Below are positions 1 through 11,700 of a DNA stretch of 64,000 nucleotides, piece by piece. Origin of the DNA: Lama guanicoe (Eukaryota); NCBI GenBank assembly GCA_013239625.1, contig MU055753.1, positions 2,224,702 through 2,288,701 of the forward strand, read 5' to 3'. Positions within the stretch are counted from its first letter, which is position 1. Every line of letters begins with the position of its first letter. Under the pieces are notes generated by a model. That model did not search any database and was not told the DNA's origin. It saw only the letters and a program-made list of their open reading frames with translations. The position numbers and the translations under genes are program-made.

Positions 1-69
1 AGAAAGAAATCTACAGGACTTGGGTCATAAGTTAAGAAAAAAGGTAGTAAGAATTAAAAAAAAAAAAAG

Positions 70-262
70 AGGCCACTTCTCTTGCTCCCTCATCTTTGGA
101 GATGGTCTGTACTCTACGGACTGTGTGTCTACTTTTACTTTAACCTGAGCACCCACCCCCCCCCAACACCTCATGGCCTTTCTCTTGCCTTCTGAAACAG
201 CCTGCACTCTATGCATTTCTCTAAATAAATTTAACTTTACAAAGAAAGAAAAAAAGAAAGGA
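70..262 (+). mobile_element. ERV LTR-like 3' fragment ending in AATAAA and an A-rich tail
   Basis: ctcttgccttctga...cactctatg...ctctaaataaa pattern resembles ERV1-class LTR R regions; flanked by A-rich tracts. Confidence 0.4.
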
Positions 263-2276
263 AGGAAGGGGAAGCTAGCATGCGATGGAGACTGGGAGGC
301 CTGAGACAGAGGGGGGCCTCATTCTGTTGTAAGAAGACAAATCAGCTAAGTGCTACGTGGGCCAGGAGCAGCGGACAGGGCTTGCTGTCACCCTGACAGT
401 GACACCTGAGCCTGAAAACTGTTCAGAAAGGCACAGGGAGGTAGAAGAGAAGCCTTGGAGAAAGGCTTTAGAGAAAGGAATGAAGTTAGAGGCTGACCCA
501 ATTGGCCAACTAAGAAGTTGGCTACCGTAGGGCCATGTTAAGCCCCATGTCAGGAAGGGAGGAGTGGCGCTGCTTACAAGATACAGGAGCAGGTGGTCCC
601 AATTCCCAGGAGCCTGGGGAAAGCAAAAAAGCCCTGGACCAGTGATACCCTGTTATCAGTAAGTTCCGAAGACCCGCTGGTCAGGCTCTGTTCAAAAGTA
701 CCAAGTTCTAAAAAGAGAGGCACCTGGTGACCAGAAGGAGGGTTTCGGGGTAAACTGAGCCAGAATTCAGGTTCCATGTGGGCAGGGATCTTGTTTTGTT
801 AACTGATGTCCCCCCAGTGCCTGGTGTGCGGTAGGAGCGCAAATCGAGATGTGAATGTTAAATGACAGACAACACCCACAGGTGGCCCGGCAAAGCAGAC
901 TCCCTGGAGGCATTCTGGAGGCAAAGAGCAGAAGGGGCTGGGGGAAAGGGGGCCACAGCAGCCTGCTGGGAGGTGCGGGAGAGTAGGCAGCTTCTGGAGA
1001 TGTGGAAAGAGTAGGCGTTGCATAGCAAGGAAGGGGAAGTACAGGCCACTTCTCCCACCACAAATGACCCCTTACTCGCACATGATGGGAAGGGCAGGGC
1101 TCACTCAGCAGCTTGTGACCAGCAGGCAGGCCCAGACAGAGGGAGGCCCCCAAGCCCCTACCCACTAGTGTTTACAGTCAGCAGAGATTGTTTGGAGTTC
1201 CATCCCTGCACATACCTGTATGGGGAGCCTCCCCAACCCACCAGATAGGGTGGGGCAGGGCGAGTCATCAAAGTCCAAAACCAGACCTACTCGAAAAGCC
1301 CTGGCCCAGACCAGGCCAGACCAGTCCACGGGTGCTGCAGCTGTGTCAGGACTCACCTCCCTGGGTCCCACAGTTCCTTGACCTGGCCCAAGTACCCTAC
1401 TCCCAGATAAGCCATTTTCACTGAATTTGACATCCCAAGATTGTTAAGGCCCAACTTCAAAACCAGGTTGCCATCAAGAACCCTGGATGGCCCATTCTGC
1501 ATTCCCAGGATAGCCCCTCCCAATTCCAGGCCTCAGGGAAGGGGAGGAAGGTCATTCATTCATTCTGGCCTGAACTGAAGACTTCTTCCTACGGAAAAAG
1601 ACCCCTCAAAACTGAGGCTTCAAGCAACTTCACCCATCCAGACAAGAGTCCACACACACAGTGCTAAGGCTGGCCCGTCTCCCAGACATCCATCCTGCGC
1701 CCTCAGCCTGTCTGCCCGTCCCCCACCCACCAATTCCACTCCCATCTCTGGGTTCCTGCCGGCTCTCAGGACCAAAGGCTCAGCCCAGCTTTCCTAACCA
1801 ACCCACAAAGCCTAGCAAGGGTATTGGGAAACACCGACAAGCCCTAACCGGAAGCAGCTGCCTAGGTGCAGACCCACCTGACCCCCCCCACGGGGTGGGG
1901 GGGGCAGGGCGCCACGAGGGCGAGGGCTGTGGTCCTCTGCAGGGAGCTCCAGGGACGGATCCCCTACCGCCCACGGACAGGATCGGCCCCATGTCTGGGG
2001 AGCTTTCAGAGGTGTGATGTCACACCTGCCCGCAGGATTGGGGGGCGGGTACAGAGCAAGCGCAGGACCGCGCGCCCCCACCCCAGCCTCGCTCCGGACT
2101 CTCCAGGGGCTAAGATGGCAGCGGCGCCGCCGCCCAACCCCCGCACTGACACCTCCAGCTGACTGGGCTGCGGTCCTGGGACCCCCAGGAGACTCTAAGA
2201 CCCACACCAGGGCCTAGCCCGCAGGCCCTGCGCTCCAGACACCCCACAGCCCCCGCAGCCCCCTCCCCCGCCCGCA

Positions 2277-2330
2277 GTCACGTGAGGACTGGGACCCCCA
2301 ACAGCTCGAAATTACGTCACAGTGACGTCA
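2277..2330. promoter_or_regulatory. Intron-1 CLEAR E-box plus tandem CRE sites
   Basis: GTCACGTGAG 2277-2286, TTACGTCA 2312-2319, TGACGTCA 2323-2330. Confidence 0.65.
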
Positions 2331-2409
2331 CACGCCGAACCCCGGCGAGCCGTGGGCACAAGCCCCACTCGGCCCCCGCCTCCCGGGTCCCTCCTGCCAC
2401 GGCGCTCAC

Positions 2410-2488
2410 CGCTGAAGATCATGGCGGACGAAGCGCCCATGACCGCGAAAAAAGAAGCGTACTCGGGGCCGTGCTTGGCCTCGGACAT
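2410..2488 (-). CDS. ATP6V0C: V-ATPase 16 kDa proteolipid subunit c, coding exon 1 (gene continues beyond window start)
   Basis: ATG at 2488 reads MSEAKHGPEYASFFAVMGASSAMIFS plus 1 nt, then donor G|gtgagc; 79 nt; matches the recalled ATP6V0C N-terminus; lies in a CpG island. Confidence 0.96.
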
Positions 2489-5479
2489 GTCTGCGAGTGG
2501 GGAGGAGGCGAGCTCAGCGGGTTGAGCTGGGGACGAGGTCGGGCCGGGCAGCGGGCGGCGAGCTGTGCGAAGCGAGCGGTCAGGCGGCTGCGAAGGCGAT
2601 CCCGCCCGTCAGCCGCTGCGCTCTAAATACCAGCACCGCAGAACAAAATGGCGGCCGCGGGCGCGTCACATGACCCGGGACCCGCCCCTGCGGGCTGTAC
2701 CACCTTGCGCCGGTGGGGGGCGCCCCTCGGACGCCTCGCGGACCGCCCCCTCACTGCACTGTCGCCCAGCCCTCCCGGACCCTAGCGCCAGCCCCACCGC
2801 GGCCTCCGCAGGTGCGCTGTAGTGCGCCGCCGGCCTCTCAAACCCCGCGGCGTTGGGCCTGTCCGGCCCCTGGGTCGGGGCGGGGCGGTGGCGCGCCATA
2901 TTTGCATACGGGGCGGGGCTCGAGGCGCCCCGCCTTCTCTGCGGCTGCGTGGCGTTAGCAGGTGTTCGGTTCCGAGAGTCGCTGTTCTTTGCGTTCTTGG
3001 TGTGGAGCCCAGCCTCGGTGTTCTCACAGCCCAGCCCCCGAGGACGTCCTCACACCTCCTGGGTCAATCTGAGGGTCCTAGCAGGCGAAGCCGAAGTCCT
3101 GCATCCTGGGCGTCAGCCTGTTCTGCTGCAACCCCCAGGGAAGCCCCCACTTCCCTGTGAAGTCCTGGTCTCTGGCCGCAACCCTCCTGTGCCCCCCTGT
3201 CCGCAGTCTCCTTCAGACCCACCATACCCGATCCAGCAATTGGTGATTTCTCCCCTGGCTTCCAAAGTAAAGGAGCCGCCTCCCCGGCATCTGTTTCCTC
3301 CTTTGCCTCAGGGACCCAGACTACAGTTGAGGCGGTTCTCTGTCCCTCAGAATGTGGGCATGACAAGTTTGAAGCCCTGTCGGTGTTAAGACCTGTGAAG
3401 GCTTCCCCGGATTTCTACATCTGTCGTCCCCAGCCTGCCTGTCCCCACACAAAGCCCACAAATTCAGGGCTGCCTTGATTTCTGTAGCAGCAGTAAGTGG
3501 TTCCCTCTAAGCCAAGGAGGCACGCTGGCCTGGGACTGGCACTGCCCAGGTGATCCCACTTGGCCATCCCATCGCCCCAGCTAGCTGCCTTATCTCTACC
3601 CATCAGCTCTGGTTCCCTTTGCCCTTTTGTCCCTCCATTTAAGGCACCCTGGGTGGCTGCCAGCTGGTCCTGGGTCTCCCTTGAGCCCCAAGTCCTTGTG
3701 CCCGTGTTCAAGCACTCTCCCTGAGGGCCTGGCCAGTAGCGGTCACCCACCTCTTTACATGGGCTGTGGGGAGGGAGTTGCCTCCCCGGTCTGGCCCTCC
3801 CACTGGACACTCAGACCCACTTTCCACAACAGGAACCTCCCTCATAGCCTCTTCTCAGTGAGGCTGGGTCTGCCCCTCTCTGAACTTGCAGCCCGCAGAG
3901 TGCCATGTCTGTCCTGGTTCAAAAGAGATGGGGGCCACCATTCGACTAGAGCCCTCCCCATTGCCCTCTGCCCCTGGCTTCCTTGTCCCTGACTCTGACT
4001 TCTGGAAAGAGGAATCTTCACTCAGTGTCTCCACCTCCTCCCCAGCTCCTTGCCCTTGCCAAGGTTGCTGGTGACCGCCATTTCTCTAAGCTGAGGGCCA
4101 TTTGTCAGGCTGTCTGAATGGGCGTCTCTGCTGCCACAGTCTGCTGCCCACTTCTCCACACCTCCTCTCTCTCCAGTTCACCTCCACCTGCCTGGACGCC
4201 CTCATTCCTTCATGGAGTCACAAGGAGGGACAGGCCCAGGCCCAGGCCCTGCAGCTTCAGTTTCAATGCAGGTCCCAGGTGTTCCCCGGATTCTCCCTGC
4301 CCCATCCTAACCCTCGGCGATCACCTGCACTTTTACAGACCTGAAGCCCTCAGAGCAAGCGAATGCTTATATGCCTGCCCCAGGCCCGGCCCCCAAACTC
4401 CAAGCACTAAGGGTCCAGGGCCAAGGGAGCCCAGACTGGGAAACTGGCACTGGTCAGGAAGCTGGGGAGGCTGCAAGCAGGGTGAGACTTCAGCCTAAGG
4501 AGAGGAGATGTAGGACACTCCACCTCAGGAAACAGCATAGCCAAAAGCAACATTTTAAGAAACTTTGAAAAAAATCTACTTCATTCAATTCCCCATAAAA
4601 CAAAGTAGAAAAAGTGATGTTGCTGCTCAGAATTAGATGAATGTGCTAACTGAAAAAAATTCTCTTGATCCTTAAACATAATTGGCCCCTACAATGCTTC
4701 CACTTGATCATCTCATTGCAATGGTATTTATGCATACATACACATAGATGTTTGCGAGTTATCAGGCACTTCATTAAAAAGCATATAACCCAATTAAGAA
4801 TAAAAAGTTTGTTAGAATTCAAATATTTTTTACCTCCAATTTACTAGGTTACTTGCTGGGCTTATACAGTAAGGGTGGATCATACTTTTTAGTCAAATGT
4901 AGGGAACTTTTTTACCATCATTCTTAAGGCATCTCAAAGACAGGCGGCAAGGCGGGCAGAAACCAGCAGCCCCGACACCAGAGGTTTAGGGAGACAGTTC
5001 CCTCTGCAGGTTCAGAGAGCAGATCGGCTTTGCTCACTGTACTCTGGTTTTCTGCCCAAGTTCTGGTGTGAGAGGTCACAGTGGGTCTCTGGTGGGGCTG
5101 CTGGCACCTCCAACCAGATCGTGTCAAGCTGAGCTTACCACCCCCCTGCATCACCACCAGCTTCCACTCAGTTATTTCCATTTCAGGCAAGAGGCTCAAC
5201 CACCCAGCTGGCTGCGAGCACCAGCAGCCTTCGAGTCACGGCTCACTCTTCATGACTCATCAGGCCCCGAGATTCTGTGGCTTCCCAGCTCTTCCCCTGC
5301 CCCACTGCTGCCACTGCCTCTCAGGCAGGCCTTCGTTTCTGGCCTGGGTCTTCTCACAGCTTCGAACCTGGTCTGCCTGCCCAGTCTTCTTTATGCTACA
5401 GCCACGCAATCTTCCTAACTGATACATCTGACCAGCCACTCTCCTCCTGGAGTCCTTCAACCCTCCCCGCTAAGCATTT

Positions 5480-5660
5480 TGGGGTATGCTTTAATCTGCA
5501 CAATTATCCTTTGAGGAAGGATACCATTACCTTCATTTTGTGGACTAGGAAACAGGCTAGGGAGGTTAAATACCTTGCCTGGGGTCAGCTGGCTTACAAG
5601 TAGTGAAATTGAAACTCAAACTCCACAGGCTAAGCCCAGCCTGTGCGGCTCATTACACCA
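5480..5660 (-). mobile_element. MIR SINE fragment
   Basis: MIR core-like text cattttgtgga..ggaaacaggct.gggaggttaaataccttgcc. Confidence 0.6.
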
Positions 5661-6812
5661 CCTGCTTCCTTCACACGAGCTCAGGGAGCATCTGGTGACC
5701 AGTGACAGGGCCAGGAGAGACCCAGGTCATCTTCCTCTGGGTCACCCAGCACTAAGTAGGGTCTTGGGATGAGATGGGCCAGGGGATGTGGAAGAGAATG
5801 GCTAGGGGCATATACCTCCACCTTCTCCCTCAGAGCTCTGTACCCCCTGGCGTGAAATCACGGTGTCACAAGCCCATGGCCTATCATTGTGCAGGTTGGG
5901 AGTTCCAGGAATAAAGGAGGAGGGACTTTGGGAAACTCGAGCCAGAGAGCCTGATAGGGAGAGGTACAGAGGGATTCAGGGTAGGGTCCTGACTTCCCCA
6001 AGGGTTTTAATGGGGACAGAAGGGCCCACCACTGTCTGAACTGAAAGATGGTGGGAGAGGGAAATCCCATGGTACTTTACAGAGACCTTGGGAAGGGAGG
6101 GGATGGCTGGGGAGGTAGAAGCCAGGAATAAAATTACAAATGATTGGAGAAGTGAGCTTATCCTGAGGAAGCCACTTCAAAGAAGAAAGAAGAGAGTCCT
6201 GCAGCCTGACCCGGCAGCCTTATCAAGAACATCAGGAAACTGCAGATGACGTGTCCAGGCAGGGAGCCTTGTCCCAGTGGACGGTCCCATTCTTCCGAGT
6301 GGCCATGAGGACACACCAGAGGGTGTGACTCTGAGACAGGGCACTGGCTCTCCTGACCAGGCTAGATAAGAGATATGTGTGGCCCAGGCAGGGCTGGGAG
6401 GAGACCAAACAAAATATAGTTTCACTTTGGGCAGGAGTTGGGGGAATATGTGTAAAGGTGACTTTTTTGTATAATTAAAATAAGTAGAGCGTATAAAATA
6501 ACACAGAAATTTTTTAAATAAAAAGTGTCCTTTGGGTAAACACAAGCAGGACACTGGTAGAGGGAGGCTCCAGGAGCTCAGCTAGGGGCAACCAGCCCTG
6601 CAGGGGACCCTGAGTAGTGCCCAGTGGCTCCAGCTGGATGTCAGGCCCGGGAGAGGCAAGAGGTCAGAGGCAGATGATTAGGGTGATCCCAGAAACCGAG
6701 CAGCACCCCTTTCTCGCTGACCCCAACCTTTGAGGGCTGATGTGAAAGGGCCTGATTGATCCTTGCTCCGGGTGGACCAGCAGCAGCAGGCAGGGAGCCC
6801 AGGGGCCGGCTC

Positions 6813-6832
6813 TGACCACCAGGGGGCAGTGT
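6813..6832 (+). promoter_or_regulatory. Candidate CTCF site
   Basis: TGACCACCAGGGGGCAGTGT matches the CTCF core CCACCAGGGGGCAG. Confidence 0.6.
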
Positions 6833-7089
6833 GGGGCTCTCTCCCTGGGCTGCTTAGAGGAAGGAAGGGTGAATCCGGCTGATTTACAGTAAACCAGGGC
6901 CTGGCACTGGGCCTGGCACAGGGAGCAGGTTCTCAGAAAGGGCTCTGGGTGAATCCTCATCCCTGGGTGCACCGTCTGCCCCGTTCTGGGCTCAGCATCC
7001 TGAAGGCCAGCGCAACCTCCTTTGACTCCAGCAGTCAGAATTCACAACCCCTGGGCCCTGTCAGCCTTCAGCCCTAAGCCACTCTGATG

Positions 7090-7340
7090 CCTGTTGAGCA
7101 GCTACTATGTGCAGGCACTGAGCTAGGCTCTGGGGAGACAAAATTGAGGAAAAGCGCTTCTACCCTACCCCGGGGGACTGGAGTCACAGACAATGATGTC
7201 CCAATGCCAAACCAGAAACACTGTTACTTCAAGCAGAGGTGGCACAAAGGAGGGAGGGCCCAGGAGGCTCAGACAACCCCCAGGGGGTGCTCTCTAAATG
7301 AGGTCTGAAAAGATGAAGAGGCTTTGAGCAGGGGAGACAC
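7090..7340 (-). mobile_element. L2 LINE 3' fragment
   Basis: ttgagcagctactatgtgcaggcactgagctaggc is the reverse complement of an L2 3' end. Confidence 0.55.
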
Positions 7341-7629
7341 ACGATCCTGTTCGTGTTTAAATCAGAGACGACCAAACCACATAAAGCTGGGCAGCTGCTG
7401 ATGAGATGGAAGCAGGTGATGATCCCTGAGATACCTGCATTTGTATGACAGGAGGCGGGGTGCGGGGGGTGCACAGGTGCTTTACCTGATGTGCATGCAG
7501 ACCCTGCTGACAGTGGTGGGCCCTGTGGACCAGAGAGGGAAGGACATCTCCCACTGTAGCTGTTCTGGTACTGTGGGACATTTTTACTAGGTGCACATAT
7601 TATCTTTTAAAAAAACCGAGAGACAAGGA

Positions 7630-7785
7630 GGAATGCAGAGCAGGTGCTTAAATGAGTCTCTTTGCAGGGTGATGCAAATGTTGTGGAAACAGAAGTGGTG
7701 GGTGCACAGCACCGTGAAGGCGCTAAACGCCACTGATGTGCTGACTTTAAAATGGTTAAATTCAATGTCAAAAAAGACAATAAAA
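7630..7785 (+). mobile_element. L1M (L1MB-like) 3' fragment
   Basis: gggtgatgcaaatgttgtggaa...gccactga...actttaaaatggttaa signature. Confidence 0.55.
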
Positions 7786-9344
7786 CAAAGTACTTCCGGG
7801 GGTGGCTACAGGTGGGGACGCAAGCTGGGACACGATTACTATGGACCAGGCCCACAAAGGGGCCCATGTGATGTGGTGGTGGGAGCAGAAGAGGGGTAGC
7901 CCAGCCTGGCTGAACTCTGGGCAGACACTGTGGCCCAGGGTTGACCCACCCTGAGAGAGGTAGGCCTCTGAAATGTCGGAGGATACAGGCCTGCACCCAT
8001 ACACCCCCAGCCAGGGGATTCACTCCCCACCCAGGGAATATATCTTGCCAATTCTGGCCTGTCATTGATGTCAACCACAAGATGGTCCTAAGCACACTTA
8101 CAGTAAGAAGTCATTACAGGGAATGTTGGGGGCATCCTCAACCACAGGCCCCAGGAACACACGGCCACATGAGATCAGTGCACAGCCATCTCCCTCCTAG
8201 AGTTATCCGACAGGCCCCAGCACAGGTGGGACCACATGGGGCTCCTGCTTCTCACAGTCTGAGTCTCTAGGGGAGGGATGGGGACACTGGCAAAATGTTA
8301 CGTTCACAGGGACCTCAGGGGAAGGGTCCAAGGCTTGGGGCATGAAGCCCACTAAGGAATGGGGAAATGGCCCAGAGGCAGAGGCTCTTGGTTCAGAAGA
8401 GAAACTGAAAAACAGCTGGCGGCAAAGAGCCGACTGGAGACCAAATCTCTTTTCCCTACGAGATCAGGACTTCTTCATCTTGGGCCAGGCCACCTGAGGG
8501 TGGCAGCAGAAAAGTGCTGACAAGAATGCACAGGTCTCGGGAGGCAACTGCAAAGGAAGAGGGAGCAGCAGGAGCGCGTGTCCAGCCGCCAGCCTGAGGA
8601 AGAGGAATGGGAGGCGAGAGCGGGGCAGGAAGGATGGGAGGGCCGCTGGCAGTCCTCCAGCACTGGGAGGAACCAGCAAGACGGACGTGTGCACAGGCCA
8701 CAGAGAAAGTAGGTCTTATGTTCTCCCTGATGTTGTATATGTACACCCAATTAAAACACAAGGTATTAGAAAAGACATAAATATCGACTTCTATAAACTT
8801 CCAGGTAAAATGTTCTCATTTGGAACGGGTATGACTTTGGACACTGAGTTTTACACCTGACAGGGATGCATGCAATTCTTGGCTGAGAAGTTTGGACCAT
8901 GATTCCTGATGGCCATTCCTCACATTTATGGAGCACGTCCATGTGACAGGTGCCAGGAACAAGAGTAAACAAGACAGATCAGGGAAAGACTTGGCTGGCA
9001 CTTGTCAAAGGAAAAAAGCAGCTGGGTATCTCTCTCTGTAATGGAGAAACTTCTCAGCATGGATCACTATCAGCTACTGCAGCCCCTTAAATTCACGTCC
9101 AGTGCTTCCTTCTTCATGGATGTTGTCCGTCCTGGAGATAATGCACTCAGGAACCCCCACCTCACGGAAACGTTTCCATATCAAGTATTTCACACTGATG
9201 TTGATCCATTTGTTTATTTAGGACTCAAATTAACACTGACCAAACATATTACTAAGTCACTTATTTTCACTTTTCCAAAGTTAGATTTTGCTTCAAAGCC
9301 ACACATTCACTCACTACACATATCTTCACAAGGTCCTCGGAATT

Positions 9345-9350
9345 TTTATT
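9345..9350 (-). terminator. Candidate TBC1D24 polyadenylation signal (second candidate at 9213-9218)
   Basis: AATAAA on minus followed by GU-rich tgtgtagtgagtgaatgtgt; implies a 3'UTR of about 3.9 kb. Confidence 0.5.
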
Positions 9351-10264
9351 ACATTCATTGAAATGCTCCACAATGTCAGCCCAGCAATCCATTTTTCAAC
9401 CAATAACCATCCTACGTAAGAACAAGAGAGTAAAATTAGTCACACAACTTTTTTTCTCTTCCATCTTTAGCTTGTAAGCTTTTGACAAAACATGTCCTTA
9501 GCCAGTCAATGCACTTCAGGAAGTAATAGGACAGAGATGTGTCCCTCTGTCTTCACAGGAAGACAAAAACAGGGGACAGGACAGCTTGGATTGTGTGAAC
9601 TTCCCTGTGCTATCGATGGCACCGATGGATGAAATCAGACCCGTAGGCTGTCTCCGGCCAGGGGCGCTTATAACTGGCAAACCGAGCTGAGCAGCCATGC
9701 CTGGGGCTTCAGCGATCTAAAGCAGAAGCCTTTTGTTTGTTGTGTTCTGTCACGACATGGGTCAGAGTGTCTGCATGACAGTGGGTCCACTGATTCTGCT
9801 TCCTCTGTCCCAAGCACAGCCTTGATAAATTCCATATGGTCACGTGAAATGGGGGCCTCTGCACATGTGGGAGGCATTTCAGCCCTAGTGACAGTAACGT
9901 GACACTGCACCTAACAGTTTCCGGCACAATCTGACCTGAATATAACAAAGGTCATGCTTTTTTTCTTTTTTTGACAGCAGGCTATTTTTTAAAATCCACA
10001 CACTTTTCTATTAACTTGACAGCATAGTGTGAAGCACCTGTGAGGCAGGCTCAGCACTGCTGCCTCACTTGGTAACCTCTTCTGCAAACAGGACATTTTG
10101 GGGAGGACATTTTGGGGAGGACAATCAAGACATATGAATTCATGTTTGAGACATTCGCTCTACTGCCTGGCCATTTTTTTTTGACCAGTGTTAGTCTTGT
10201 GTATTTGATGACATTCAGGATTTAAATAAAATGTGGGAAAGGAAGTATCTATAAAAATTAAATC

Positions 10265-10470
10265 TATTGCTGGAACAAAAAAGGGAATCTGAATAAAGAC
10301 TGTAGTTTACGTTTCTAGCATCATACTAATGTTAATTTCTTAGTTTTGATAAACGTGAGCTGTTAACTCTGGGGGAAGCTGGGCAGGGTATGTAGGAGGT
10401 TGGTACCATCCTGGAAACTCCTCTGTAAATCTAAAATTATTTCAAAATAAAGTTATAAAAATAATCTACA
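10265..10470 (+). mobile_element. Old L1M (L1MC/ME-like) 3' end
   Basis: aatgttaatttcttagttttgataa...ggggaagctggg...tgtaaatctaaaattatttcaaaataaag signature. Confidence 0.55.
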
Positions 10471-11559
10471 AAATATAAAATATGTAAGGAGAGTATAATA
10501 AAGGCTTTGTCACTTCAGGAAATGGATAAGAGGAAGTTGAAGATCTTCTGAAATCTTCAGAAGTGTTAAAAATAAGTTGCCTTGAAAAAGTAAAAAAATT
10601 AAGCATGGAACTTATACAAATAGGAAAAATTGAAATACTAATTTTAATTCAATAACTAAAACTGAAAAATTTATAAAATACAAATGACTTACTTTTGTAT
10701 TATAAGCTATTTTTGGAAAACTGATTTTCTGAAGCCTTAAAGGCATACAGTCCACTTCGATGAATCATTTAATGGACTGGTTTAAACTATGTTCAATGTT
10801 TTGTTTTTAAAACAAACTTGCAAATGTTTCTAGAAAAACAAATGATAACTCATTATGCAATTCCATAAGACTTTGGCTAATTTTTAACATCAAAGCTAAT
10901 GATAAATAATCAGGAATAACAAAGAATATTAACAAAATAAATTATGCCGTATTTGGGAATACCTAATATCAGATAATAAGGATAATACTAAGAATTAAAA
11001 AATAAAGATAATAATCACACGTATCTTTTAGTTTTAGTAAATAAGTAAGAAGATATGAAATTCAAAGACAATGAGTATTTTGCATGCACATGCAAAGATC
11101 TCATGATACAGAAATTATGACTAAGCAGCAACTATCCTCTGTGGGCCAGACCTCTGGGAAGGTTGGGCAGGGGCCCTTGGGGCAGTCACAGAGTCCTCTG
11201 CACTTACCAGCAAAAGAACACCCCGGTTCAGGAAGTTTGCAGAGGAAGCTGTGTGAAAAGTGCTCAGATATGCCTTCAGCTGCTTCTGAAAGGCTATGTT
11301 TTTAAAAGGACATCCCCGTGATAGAACACTGACAAGCATAAGGCTGCACCCCATTTGGTGGCATGCCTTGGGGGGAGCCCCTGGAGGCCCCTCTGGTTGA
11401 AGAAACCAGACTCAGATCCCTGGAGTTCATGTAACGAGACCGTGTTTAATGAACACCGAGTACAGATGAGGGCTGTGGGCTCAGAGGAAGGGAGACAGCA
11501 AGGGCTGCAGGGGTGGTGGTGCTGTGACACCACTTCCCAGAACCTCTCCCTTTCACAGG

Positions 11560-11700
11560 AAGTCACCGTCCCCCTCAGAGCCTCTCAACAGTCCTATAGG
11601 GACAGCAGAGCAGGGTGACTGGCCCCATTTTATAGTTGGGGAAACAGTTCCAGGGAGGCTCACTGGCTTGCTCAAAGTCACACAGGGTTCCTGGTCCATC
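11560..11700 (-). mobile_element. MIR SINE fragment
   Basis: ccccattttatagttggggaaacag...cttgctcaaagtcacacag. Confidence 0.55.

Larger units (their letters stand above)
1900..3080. promoter_or_regulatory. CpG island / promoter of ATP6V0C
   Basis: High GC and CpG density; YY1 motif CAAAATGGCGGC 2644-2655; M-box/CLEAR-like GTCACATGAC 2665-2674; octamer ATTTGCAT 2900-2907; GC boxes. Confidence 0.88.

Noticed and set aside
10091-10123. Short tandem duplications (14 bp here; also 43751-43783, 47343-47383, 60843-60886)
   Set aside because: Two to three copies with no spacer array; ordinary slippage, not CRISPR-like
10545-10563. 8-bp inverted repeat cttctgaa/ttcagaag
   Set aside because: Too short for a pre-miRNA and expected by chance
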